NCBI RefSeq assembly: GCF_009914755.1
Contig: NC_060939.1
Strand: one strand, 5' to 3'
Source: the human T2T-CHM13v2.0 reference genome, Homo sapiens
DNA length: 64,000 nucleotides
The position numbers and the translations under genes were made by a program. The notes under the pieces were generated by a model. That model saw only the letters and a list, made by a program, of their open reading frames with translations. It searched no databases and was not told the DNA's origin. Numbering within the stretch: the stretch's first letter is position 1; each line of letters begins with the position of its first letter. Positions 1 to 20,571 of this stretch are shown here, in pieces.

Positions 1-384
1 ATCCTAAGTTATAACCAATGGACTTACTGACAAAATGGAAAAAGTAGACATAAGAACTCAAAATAATGGTGTAGCTAAAAGAACTTGGGCTTTTGAGATA
101 GAAACTCCAAAGTTCAAATTCCTGTTTGAAAGCCTTGGGCAAATTATTCAGTCATTTTCTTTATTATAAGAAGGATAGAAACTCCCTTGTAGGACTTTTA
201 TTTTTTGAGAATTGAATGCTGTTACTGTGTGTATGATGTGTTTGTCACATGGAAAGCACACACAAAAAGTGTGTAAATGCATATGAATGAAATCAGCCCC
301 TAGTTCACTGAGGGTAGGTCCAGACAGCTGTAAGAACCTTGGTAATCTTTGGGGGCTTCATTGTTACAGCACTTGATTTTAATA

Positions 385-590
385 AGAGCTAACATTTATT
401 GAGTGCTTACTGTATACCAAATTCTAGGCATTAACATTATTCATGGATTGACCCGTTTAATTCTTGCAACGCGTCTTAGTTGTGTTCTGTTATCCCTATT
501 TTCCAAATGAGGTAATTGAGGCACAGAATGTTTGAATAACCTTTCAAGGTCATATAGCTAGTAAACGGCAGTCTAGTTCCAGAATCCATT
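385..590. mobile_element. MIR-family SINE
   Basis: gctaacatttattgagtgcttac ... atgaggtaattgaggcacag ... aaggtcatatagctagtaa. Confidence 0.7.
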
Positions 591-1651
591 TTTAAACCCC
601 ATGTTTTTTTTCAATCCCAACAGTGACTCAGAAGTATTTTTTCTGATTCATTATCTTCAGGGAGGTGGTATGGTGCAGGGTGAACTGCGGGTGTCACTCC
701 TTACCAGCTGGGTGACCTCAATGAGGTTTTTAACCTGCGTGGTCCCTTAGTTCCTCTTCTCTGCAGAGGGTTGTCGGGGGGTGGTTGAATGAAGTGCTGT
801 GGTAAAGCATTAATGAAGCACAGGGCCTATCACGCAGTCAGGCTCAGTATAAGGTGAGGTGTTTTTTTTTTAATCCAGGTAACATAAGAAGCACCTGTTA
901 GCATGAGTTCCATACAAAATATGAGCGGGAGCATTCATTTTGGTTACTTAAAGGAATGTATGTCTGTTTTCTAGAAAATTACTTCTTAATAAAATTTAGG
1001 ACTACGTGCATTTTACAAAGCTAGAATTGGAAATATTTGTCTTTAAATTCATCCCCAGAGTGATGGTGATTATCCCCTACATCAGCGGGTGTAAGGAGGC
1101 ATTGAAAAATCAGCCCTTGACCTCGGGTGCAGCATGTTAGTGTAATATCAGGAGCAAGTTCTTCCAGTTGCTGCAGACTCTCAGGGCATCTTGAATTCCT
1201 ACTTTGGGTGAAAACATAAACAAAAAACAGCGTAGAACACCCTGTCTAGAAGGGACAAATGTTTCCATTTAAATATTCTAGTTCAATACCCTCTGTTAGG
1301 GCCCTGAATTTTAAGTACAGTGAGTTTCTGAGTGAAATCTCCTGAATTTTAATGAGTTTGTTTGCATACATGAATTCGAACAATACATTAAATCTTAAAA
1401 CATGGTAGCTGATTTTAATGGAGTAAATTACCCAACTTGAAAGTTAGTGAATAGGTTTTTCTTTCCCTAATAATCAAGATGCTGCTTCCATCTCAAAAAA
1501 GTCATTAATCATACTTTTACAGTATCAATACATGCTGTTAGTTTCTTTTTCATCTTTAAACTGTCTCAAGAGATTTAGGAAAAGAAATGTGCATAAGTGA
1601 GCATAAAGTGTGATTTCCTCCATTTAACACTTTTTCTTATACAAGGATGAG

Positions 1652-2292
<641 letters not shown>

Positions 2293-3179
2293 TACTCACA
2301 CACACACGGGATGATATGTGGTAGGGACAAGGGCATGAAGGGCCTCAAGGCAGTGTAAGGAGGATAGATTTTATTCTGACCATAGTTATGTTCAGGGAAG
2401 TGACACATTTTATTTCTTTGCTCTGAAAACGTGTCAGGTTCATAAGAAGTGACACATTTGATTTATAATTTTAAAAGCAGTTTTAAGAGAGTTCATTTTG
2501 AAGTTTAATGGCACTGAAAAACCATGCCGTGAAACTCTCAGGTCCAGTCTGTTCCCTAAAATTTTGATGTACCCAGAAAAGCATATTGTAAAAAATGTTC
2601 AGATGGTAAGAGTTTTACTTTCTAATAAAGCATACAGATTTGTGATGGGGAGTTCAGTTCATGGGCAGTAAAAGCAGTGAAATGTGCCTCCATGGTGGAA
2701 GAGCAGGAGCTTTCAGGGCCTGTCATATCCAATTGGAAGCTCCTGGAGGACAGGAACTGTAACTGGCCTCTTCAGAGCTCTTTTATCTGGTGCTTAGGCA
2801 CACAGTATCTGTTTGTGGAATAAATGAACTAACACCATGTATTTCCTTCTGAGGAATGACTCTTGGGTCCCTGCAGTAGTGATATCTCTTTTATTAGCAC
2901 ATACATACGTTTCAAAGGATGTGTAATTATCACCTATTATTGCCTATGGTCTTTTTCTAGATGTGAGAGCAATAAAATCAGCCCATTTCTTTTTTTACCC
3001 AGAGTATTTATCTATAGTAATAAATGCCTGCTAACTTCATTTATGCCGCACATAAATATGTACAGTTCCTGGGGCAGAGAAGGCCCTGAGTAAATGTTTT
3101 TTTTTAATGACTGTGCAGTTGATAGCCCATAGCAATCTCCTTAAGTCCCAGCTGTTGGTGTCTCACTGAAATCATAGCA

Positions 3180-4960
<1,781 letters not shown>

Positions 4961-5625
4961 ATCTCTCTCTGTTTTTTACAGGAATCCTAAACTCTAACCC
5001 AGGGACCCTCAACATCTGTGCTGGGTGGACTGTGGCCACATTTTCAGCTGGCCAGTGTAAGGGTTTTAGAGGCCCTTACATGAGAAGAAATACAATTTTT
5101 AAGTCTCTGAGATGATGTGCTTCTTACATTTTTGGAATTAAAATGCCTCTTTACTTATAAAATGCTGGTAGTAATAGATGGTCATTATCTCACTGTCATT
5201 TGTGAAAGAAAAAACGATTGTAATAGAATTCTTGCTATTTTTTTTCTCTAAGGGAGGTAAGTTTTCTCCCTAAGCAAACTTTATGGAATGCACAATGCTT
5301 GGCTTTCACCTTCTTTTATTCTCACTACCACCACCTTTTATTCTCGCCTGCACATTTTACTAATTCACAAAATTAAAAAGTGTAAGATTAACTGCTCTAC
5401 TGCTCTGCCCAGAATGGCAGGTTCCAAGAACACACCTCATTTCGGCCTGTTGACATCTGTCTTTCCTGATGTTCCTCATATGTCACTTTCTTTATGAGGC
5501 CATGTCAGAATTGTCTCTCTTCACCCCCAACCCAACCACCAAGATGCTCTTTCCTCAGTGGGACTTTGTACTCTGTAGTACTTTGATCTTTCATGTGGCA
5601 CTTACCATGTTGTTCCTATAAGTAG

Positions 5626-6444
<819 letters not shown>

Positions 6445-6524
6445 TTAGAACTTTTTTTCTGATGATTCTGAAATTAGAATTATAGTTGCTTACTGAAACA
6501 TGTTAGGAATGATTGCTCGTTTAT

Positions 6525-6812
6525 CTTTTTTTTTTTAATTATACTTTAAGTTCTGGGATACATGTGCAGAATGTGCAGGTTTGTTACACAGGTATACATG
6601 TGCCATGGTGGTTTGCTGTACCCATCAACCCGTCATCTACATTAGGTATTTCTCCTAATGCTCTGCCTCCCCTTGCCCCCCACTCCCCAACAGGCCCCGG
6701 TGTGTGATGTTCCCCTCCCTGTGTCCATGTGTTCTCATTGTTGAACTCCCGCTTATGAGAGAGAACATGCAGTGTTTGGTTTTCTGTTCCTGTGTTAGTT
6801 TGCTGAGAATGA
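6525..6812 (-). mobile_element. L1PA 3' end
   Basis: ttatactttaagttctgggatacatgtgcag...; flanked by tttatctttt on both sides. Confidence 0.9.
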
Positions 6813-8606
6813 CCATTTATCTTTTAAAGATAAAATAATCTTAGACTGCAACTCTAGACATCTCAGAGTAGGATTCAGGCCTGCTGTAGTTGTGGTGGTG
6901 AAGTGGAGAAGTTGCATGTTTCATTGGCTTTCTTTTGTGAAAATTGATTTTCATTTTATTTTGACAGAAGAGGCCCTAAAAATCTTCTTTTTCCCCAGGT
7001 AAGAGGCTACAGTTTCTTTGCCTCTGGCCCTCTCTAGAGCTGTCAGTGCCCTGTGAACATTGGCCTGATTTAGACAATGAGGCTTTCTCTGTGTCTTTGA
7101 GAAAGCCATCTTTGTGCTGTGCACAGCACTGTTACTTTCATTCTTGATTACAAAATGTTTCCTCAATGAATTTCTTTTTTCTTCCTGCTTTGTCTACCTC
7201 TACTCTCTCCCCTAAAATCTTTTGTTACTGAGACTGAATTGTGTGAAAGCAAACCTGGGTAAGAGATAGGTAGTGCCACAGCTAGGCTTCCTGCTGTCTG
7301 CACAAGGGAACCTTTGGTGCTGTCCAGGTACCTTCCACCTCCAGCTTCCCAACCTTCTGTGGATCATTTTTCAATTTTTTCACACCAAAGCACTGAGATA
7401 ATTTGGATGTGGGGAACGTGGCAGGGTTTCTGACATGGAAGACCCTGAAAGGAGTAGGAAGTATGTGCCGTGGCCTCCCGCTGTCTTTTCTATTGAGAAA
7501 GGGGTGGGCAAGTAGTGGGTGGTAGCTGCAGCTGTGGGCAAGGCCCATTCTTGGCCTTTTTTTTACTAGGCTGTAGGCTGGTTTTTATTGAGTGGCTGGT
7601 ATGCAAATAAAAGATGAGAAATGTAATTGTCTTCTGAAGAGAACAAAGAGAAATTTAATTGTCTCTCGTTAACATCACACCACAGGCATTTTCTATCAGC
7701 ATACTCGAGATACTGTGTGGTGTGGTTCTAATTAACTTTGAAGAGCCAGAGCTCAACTCAACCTGAGGAAACCACTTTTGCCAAAAGATACCACTACACA
7801 AGGGACCCATCAGAGCTCTTGCAATATCAAAAGATAAACAGCAGGGAAAGAATTTGGGGAAGGATCCTATGGTTGGTTTGAGATGTGCGTCTTATCTGCA
7901 AAAACCCAAATAAAAGTGAAAGACCAGCTCTGCTTTTATTAGCTTAAGTGTTTTGTGTTAAAATCTCTTTTGGCCTAACTTTTCTTTATTGACAAGAGAA
8001 CAAATAGTAGAATATCCTTTGTAGATCGGAAGTATAGAAATTACTGAGAATACTGGGAAATGCTTCACAGATGTTCCTGAAACTACAGCCAGATTGAGTG
8101 AATTCTTGTCCCTTTCTGAGTTGGGAGGTTGGGAGATTATTGTCTCACGTACTGTGATATTATAACTGTGTTCTACCCCAGACTATATGTGTTCACCATC
8201 TCTCTCATTGAGATTCTGGTTTAACCCTATTATATCCTTAACTTTGATGGCCATTAGAATAGGAAAGAATGTTTACGCAAGACTTTAGAGAGAGCCATAG
8301 TTTGATATTTCCTTTATAAAGCTTCCTGATACTGTGTTTAGTATTTACTTTCTTTAAATGTATCTTCTTAAAAGTACAGGTAGTGTGGTAGAGTTCAAAA
8401 TTAACTTCCAGTTAAATCCAGTCATAGTTTTGGTGGATTTTTTTTGCCAAGCACCGCATTTTTCTTAGTATTGTCATATATTGACTGACACTAGTCAATT
8501 GCAACTAGTGACTGGTCATGATAGATATTGATAGACATCTCATAACTGTCATGGCTGAAGGGGAGTTGCCCCTAGTTGATCATTCAACAACATGAAGAGC
8601 CCTGTG

Positions 8607-8906
<300 letters not shown>

Positions 8907-10574
8907 TAAAAGCCCCATCTTCCTACACAGTGCGTTGTAGTCTTTCCTCCTGAATTGATGTAGAGGCATCCTTGATGTATAACAAGCAGAGCATGCTGAA
9001 CTAGTTCGCAGCAAAAAACAAACAACGAAAACTTGATATCCAGGTTGTTCTTGGATAGGTCACCATGTTTATCATTTTTAAACATCCGGGGTTGTGAGAT
9101 AAAGTTGTTAAGGGAGGGATTGCACCAGCACATTTTTCTGTTTCAGTTCATGTTCATCTGACTCATATTTATTCTAGTCTAACCTCATTTTGCGTGAAAA
9201 TTTTTGTACTAGAAAATGTCACTTTCAATTAGGGGAGGGGAAATTCTGATTGGGGATCAGAAGAGTCAAGATGTATTAGTGATAATTTGGCATCACTTTT
9301 GATTCAAGGTAAAAACACAGAATCCCTAAAAATGTAGTAAAGTAAAAAGTGATTCATATAACTAGATAGGGGAAAGGAAATGTCACTGCTGAGCTTTACT
9401 GTGGGAAGAGGGGGAGGTGAAGGAAATTATTACAAAATTTTTGTACGTGATGAGGAGACAGCCTCTGGACTTCCCCAAATATTTCCGTATTCCCTAAAAC
9501 AGCTCTAGTGAATTGCTTCATGATTGGTGTATGAATAGAAAGACACTAGAACTCTTAAACTTGATCTTGAAAGGCCCGTCTTTGTATATAATCATCCACA
9601 GATGTCCGTATGTGATTATATATTCCCATAGTGAGGCAATGATAAATGTAAATGAGAACCATGATATAATTTTGCCTTGCTTGCATGCACATTTTCAGAA
9701 TATAATTAAAAGCACATGCCACTGTCAGTAGTTAACTATGAGGTTTGTCTTAGTTTTTTATAAGGCTTTGGCAGAGGCCTAAAGCATGTTTTAGTGTCTA
9801 AGTCTTCCCTCCCTCCCTCTCTTCCTCCCTTCTTTCCTCCCTTCCTTCCCTCTTTGGAATCAAAAAGGAACTCTCTAGGTTCTGACTATTCTCTTTTCAG
9901 AACTAGGGACAATTTCAGCTTGTACACAGATTAATTTTCATTTTTTGGCTTCTCTGCTGGTACCTGAAATTGTAACTAAGTTATTACTAGATAATTCCTT
10001 TCTGACTTCTTCCTTCAAATAAAATCTGATAAGGACAAATGTCTTCTAGGTACTATTTCAGGTGGATATGTTTGGAGGGGGACGTGGGGCAAAGCAGAGG
10101 ATAGGCTAGGGGTGCTGTTATAATGTAACTTAGGTCAGTTGATTGGTGCTTAGTAAATCATGGTTTTCTGTATAGTGCCAAATGCTCAGAAAATCTGTAC
10201 TGGATAAAGAATTTCTTGTTCAAATCTATTTAGTTACTGTACTTATGCCTAAAACTGGAATGTGCTCCTCTTTTAAATTCAGTAGGCTGTGCATTTATGA
10301 CTATAGATGATACCACTTTCATTTTTAAAATAATGATAAAAGCTTAAGTTGTAAATTTAAGTTGTAATATGGACACTTAAAAAAAAACCCAAAACAAAAC
10401 AATCTTCCTTCTGGTTATGGGGAATTCCTACATGAGTTCTTTCCAACTGCTTTTGTTTATATGAGTGTTGAAACTTAAAATGAGTAAATTCTGTCTTCCA
10501 AATAATTTTCTACATTTTCCATTTATTTCCATCGCTTATATCTGCTCTCAAGAACAAAACAAAAGTGGTTTCCA

Positions 10575-11411
<837 letters not shown>

Positions 11412-12513
11412 CGTTTCTAACACTTCACAAAGCTTTTCCATCTGACAGTGGATTTGACCAGAGTGGGTTCTCTTGCTTCTAATTTCAGCAGCAGTTCATT
11501 TCTCTTTTTTAATGTAACCCTTGAGCTGTGGGGGTTGAAACCTGCTTCTGAGAATTCATGTTTCTTATCTTTTCCTCCTAAAACTGCATATAGTGGTGTT
11601 CTCCCCACCAAAAGAAACAATAAAAATAATTTCCCATGGAATACACATATAGTATTTAATTTTATTTTTTCTTGTTTACTAAGGTCTTTAAAATTGAGTA
11701 GGGCATCTACAGCTCTCTGTCCTCAGACCTTCCACCTCATTCTTATGGAGTCAGGAGTTTGCAATCTTCACAGGTTTCTGATCTCCTTTCCTATCCCAGA
11801 CACAAGAGATACCTGCTGTTGCTATTTGTGACCAAATACCATATTTGTCAATAACTACCAACAGGGGCTCTGGGAATCTGGAAGCTGAAGACATCACTCT
11901 TGATAATTCAGTCCAAGGGCCCTTTGTCCCTCATACCCATCCTTTCTCTACTGGGATTTAGACTTTTGCCTTTCCTGCATCTGATCATAGTCTCATTGTG
12001 AAATGTGAGTACTTTCATATTAGATCTTATTCATTGATGCATTGATTTTATTTTAAAATTCATTTGTATACTTCCATACTTCTGATTAAAGTGTTCCAAA
12101 AATTGTCTTGATATTTTTTACTTAACTGCTGATTTTTCAAAGATATTAAATGAAAAACTGCCTTCTGGTCAATAACAAGTTTGTAAAGAGTAGGAAGTAA
12201 TTTTTATACTTATATAAAAATTTAACCAGTTAACGCTGTATCTTTGTCATACTGTATTTCTTTTTAGTCTTCGAAGGAACTGAGAATCCCTATGATAGAC
12301 TTCGCTACTTGTAAATGGACTATCAAAAGGAAAGTTCTTTCTAGTTTACTTTGAAAAATGCCTGAGGTCCTCATAATTTTCATTTTTATTTTAGTCAGTT
12401 TTAGAATTGTCAACTCAGTCTTATTTTCACAACCCTTTACTTTTTACTGAAAGTTGAAGTGGGAATTGGCAGAAGATTCAGAAGAAAGAGCAACTATATT
12501 ATATTTGCCCTTA

Positions 12514-13681
<1,168 letters not shown>

Positions 13682-15772
13682 TCATAAAGTGGTATCAGTG
13701 CAGTAGTCTCTGTTGCTAACACACTGGGGGACTTTTGCTAGAGAGAAGTTGGCCTCTGACTAGATGCACATGGGTTGATTACATCTATGTTTCTCTTAGT
13801 TCCACTGAATCTAATTTTCTTTCATTTCATTTCCTTATATCCTCTGAGCTCATGGTAGTTTCCTTCATCTTTAGAAAGAATAATCAGATATCTCATTAGA
13901 TAAATCATATATGATTAATGTATGATTAGTCAGATAAAAGGAATTCAAATGTACTTCGAAGAGACTAATGAAAAGATGGTACATACGAGGGCCTAATGGT
14001 TTGAGGAATAAGCGTAATGGAGTTAGGATTGTTCTATATAATTACTTTCTTTTTGTGTAAAAGATGCAAAAATAAACGTCCTTTACATTTAAAAATATTG
14101 AATGGAATATGGGGTTTTTCCATTGGAACTTTCTAATCATTTCTAGTATTTATTCCAGCAGCAATTTAGACATTTAAGGAAAATGTTTTTCACCATGTGC
14201 CATGTTTTTGGGTCAGTGAGAAAGCCTTAACCAAGACGATTGTTGGGTGGTACTGTGTATAATAACTCCAGATCCTTGACCAAGTTTGGAGAGTCACTTA
14301 TGGCCATTTGAAACCAAATGAAGGATCAAAGGACTAATTATTTTGAATACCTCTGAGTGTTTTCCCCAAGCTTGAGAAGAGTTTCATTCAGCTATAAAAT
14401 GCTCATTGTGCAAATGAGTGGTTTCCATGCTGTATAATTAAAGCATTGCCTTTAATAATATTTTATTACCTTTAGCTTGTCTTTTTAATTTGAGGAAAAT
14501 CTAAACAATTTAAAGTAAAACGTGATAAAGACAGTTTTTCGGGAGAGAGAAGGGTAGATCGCTATGTTTATTCCACTTAGTATCTATATCAAATATTTGT
14601 ATCAAAAGCAGACTCTCACTTTAAAATTATTCTTCTAGTGGCAAGATTCTTTTCCCTAGATTGAGAGTACAGAGCTCACATAGTAGTAACTGCTGTTAAA
14701 ATAGACACTTAGAACTATAGAGCTAAAGCTTAGGTTCCAAACTAAGCGAAGCTGCCATTTTCTGAAATAATGTCTTTCTTATTTAAAAGGACCAGTTCCT
14801 TTTTGCCTTTTTTCCCCTTCCTCACTTCCTTCCTATTGCTCCATGTATGTTGTACATGTGGTTATCTGTTCTTTTTTTTTTATGCTTCTACCCTTATGTT
14901 GGCAAAAGAAATGCACCAATGGGAGGTGAAGGTTTAAAATATAACAGTTGAGTTCATTATCCCAGTTTTATCACTTTCTACAAGTATAAGCAAGTTACTT
15001 ATCTGGACCTCTGTTTCCTCTTACGTTAAATGGGGATTAAAGCCCCCTTGCAGACTTGTTATGAGAATAGTGATAAGGAATATTCAGTACCTATCACAGT
15101 GCCTGGCCTTAAGTGGGTCCTTAAGAAGTGCTAGCTATTTTTATTAATGATAGCCTATCCCATTATAGCTGTCAGCATCATTATCTGCTGAGCAGGGATC
15201 TCAGGAGAGTATCTTGAAGAATATCGTTGGACTCCACTATACGGGGTTATCTAATCTGAAGCTCATTTTGTTTGGCTGCATTTTGTTCTAAGAGTTTGTG
15301 CTTTAGACATTCTGGATTGTTTTAAGCTGGAGTCATTTATTTTGCAGGCAATTATTTCCTCATTTAAAGGGCATAGTCCCACTTCATTCATTTGAAATGA
15401 TGTCAGTTACCACACTACTGAACTCTTCTGGCCTTTTGTGATGGGCGTTTCTCTCTTTTGTTTCTTGGCCTTAGGCTGATAAATCAAAGTATCTCAGGTG
15501 ATACAGGAATTCCCGGCAATGTCATATTCAAAATATTGGGCATGTTGCTCAAGCAGTATTTCCATTATTGGAATTCTCCTTTTTTCCTTTAAATCTTAGC
15601 CTCCCTGCTTGTTAATATGTTACTTTACTCACAAAATAGGAAGAAAAAAAAACACTTTAGCCTCTTAAGTTTAACAAATATTTTAGGGGCAGCTATATAC
15701 AAGACCCTGAAGTTGTCATTTTTCTCTCTCTCACTAAAAAGTGAAGCTAAAATGATCTTTTCTTCCAGCAGT

Positions 15773-15812
<40 letters not shown>

Positions 15813-15824
15813 GGAAAGAGATCA

Positions 15825-16126
<302 letters not shown>

Positions 16127-16155
16127 TTACTTGACTTCCAGGATGTTCTTTAAGC

Positions 16156-16446
16156 CAATGTTTTCAATATGGGTTGCAACCCATTACTGGGTCATGAAGT
16201 CAATTTACTGTGTCCAGACCAACTTTTTTTTTTTTTTTTAAATGGAGGGAAAGAGAACAGACAAGAACATGACAATAGATAAGAGAACACAGAGTCCACT
16301 GCACATGTAAGAGTAACAAGGAGTAAGGGTCAAGTGCTATTTCATAAAACTTTTGTTTCAGTTATGTAAGTATGTATATATGTGGAATGTGTTGTTATAT
16401 AAAAATTATTTCTTACCAGTGGGTTAAAAAAGGCAGAAAGCCACTG
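16156..16446. mobile_element. hAT-Charlie (Charlie4-like) fragment; partial second copy at ~17158-17350
   Basis: gggttgcaacccattactgggtcatgaagtcaattta ... gaaagccactg. Confidence 0.6.
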
Positions 16447-18829
16447 CTGTGGGGCAGTTTGCCACTGAAGACTTGTCTCATTTTTTAGAAAAACCAATTC
16501 TATGGAGGCTGTATTTGATCAGACAGATCCCTTTTTTTCCATGAAAGAAAACTGGGTCTTTTACTGTTGAGCCTATATTGATGGAAGGCTTCCACTGCTG
16601 GCTTAACTGGCTGTGTTTTTGAGAGGGTCACTTGGGTAATGAGTCTATTGTCTCTCTTCTTTTTTGGTTTTCTGCTTTCTACTCTTTCTACATGGACTCT
16701 GGAAGCCATTCTAGTTGTTGGAACAATGGTAGAAGTTCCCACACACCGTAGAGACATCCACAACATTTGGTTTTGTGATTGTTGTCCAAGTGTTAAGAAA
16801 ACTATGGTTTCTGAAGAAAGTAAGACTTTCTAACCAATATGAAATATCCAATTATTTCCCCCCACTTCAGTGTTAGCCCTTATATCAGGCCTTTTAATAT
16901 AATTACAAAATTGCTATTTATTTCAGTGTGTTGAATTTTTAAAAATCACCCGAACCCCTAAACCTGTCTAAGTTAACGTGGTTAGAATTGAGACAATGGT
17001 AGCAGAACCTTTCGTTCTATTTCATTTCTCTAGAAGAGACTGCATTGTTGCCTTTTCTTCATTCTAAAATGAAGACATCTACTTTATGTATGCTTAGTAC
17101 TGTTTTGTCATTTGTACTTAATAATTTAAGAAAATTATTCTAGAATGTTCTTTAGGCCGGTGTTTTTAATATGGATTGCAACCCTTTATTGGGTCATGAA
17201 GTCAATTTATTGTGTACAGACCAACTTTTTTTTTTTTAAATGGAGGGAAAGACAGTAGGACAAGAACATGAGAATAGAAGAGAGTACAGTGTTCACTGCA
17301 CATATAAGAGTAAGGAGGAGTAAGAGTCAAGTGGTATTTTTTGAAACTTTCAGTGGTTTCATATTTTAGTGTTTTTTGTGTTTCACTTTTTTGTTTTATC
17401 ACTTAAAGTTACCCAAATATGTAACTTAATTTGCCAGCCATTAAGATTCATTCCAGTAGGATCAATCTAGACATATGTAAACCTGATTGTATTCCAAAGT
17501 AATTGATCAGTGTCAAGAAATGTTTATTGAGTGCCTGTTACTTGCTTGGCAAACAGGAGGGAGGTTCCAAATGAAGTACTGTAAGTAAAAGATGAGGCTC
17601 CTGCTTTTTTTTAAAAAGGGTTTATCTTTCATTTATTCCTTTAAACATTTATCAGGCACTTATTTAATCAGCCGTATACAGTGCTAGATCCTCTGCTCAA
17701 GTGTAATTGGGAAGGTAAAACTTAAATGAAACAACAAAAATAATTAATTGCCACATGCATAATGATATGCATTCTAAATTCTGTAGGAGTTTAGGGTAGA
17801 GAGTGAGCAGAGTTGGCTGGAATAACTGGAGGACAGAGGAGGTAGAGTTTCTGAATCTTGAGGCACTTTCAGGATTCAGATGGAAAGGATGGAGAATGTT
17901 CCAGACAATGGGGAGATCTTGAAAAATGCTTAGAGGCAGGGAATACCACAGAGCATGAAAGAGGCATTTCTGAGGTTTTATGCTGAGGAATTGTGAAAAA
18001 TAATGTTGGATATGTTGGATGGGGCCATATATTTTAAGATGGGTAATTGTAGAGTTACATAAACTAAAAAGGTATCCAGTATCCTGTGGTGCATACAGTC
18101 TACTTTGGGAGAAGGGAGGGATTATAAATAACTAATGAAGCTATACTGTATGTATTATGATGGAAGCTAGTACTGTGCTAGAAGTATTATAAGCAAAAAG
18201 CTTGAATGGCCATGTCAGTGGTTACCTTTGAGCTATATTAGTACTGCTCTGGCTTAGGGCTTGGCAACATCGCTGACTCAGTGACAAACTTCCTTTTTGG
18301 AAGTCCTGGCTCCTCACTTGCCAGCATATGACACTCCCAGTTCACCAGGTCATCCTGTCCCGAACTGCCCAGTTAATTGTGAAGCTATAAGACAGTCCTG
18401 GCCAGGGCTCATCTCCACCGCTAGCTGGGGATCCCACCACATAGCTAGACAGGTTCCTGAATGGACTTCTCCTTCAGGACCAGAGCATGGTTGGGGGTCT
18501 GTACATGTGCTTGCCTTCCACCCTGGGCTCACGAATTAATAGTGGAAATGTCTTCAAAGCAATTATTAAAAGTAATTATTGCTATGATTTCACTTTTGAT
18601 TCTCCATTTATTTCACTTCTGTCTGCTTATTTATTTACCTACTTGATGTTTGTGGAGGCATGTATCAGTCAGCTTTTGCAGTTATACAACCCCAAAATCT
18701 CAGTTGCTTGTAACAGTCACATATTTGATTATTGCAGCTGAGGATTAACTGTAGCCCTTGGTCAGTTTTCTCTAATATTCATTCTTCCCTGTTTCTCCAC
18801 CCAGGCTTCTGGGTCAGCTAGCTTCAGAC

Positions 18830-20571
<1,742 letters not shown>

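Noticed and set aside
8945-9005. Possible C/D box snoRNA (tgatg ... ctga)
   Set aside because: Box C is non-canonical, with no terminal stem or recognisable guide sequence
16500-16766. 88-aa antisense ORF with a basic KPKKKR patch
   Set aside because: No recognisable homology, poly(A) or TSD to support a retrocopy; a tBLASTx search would be needed
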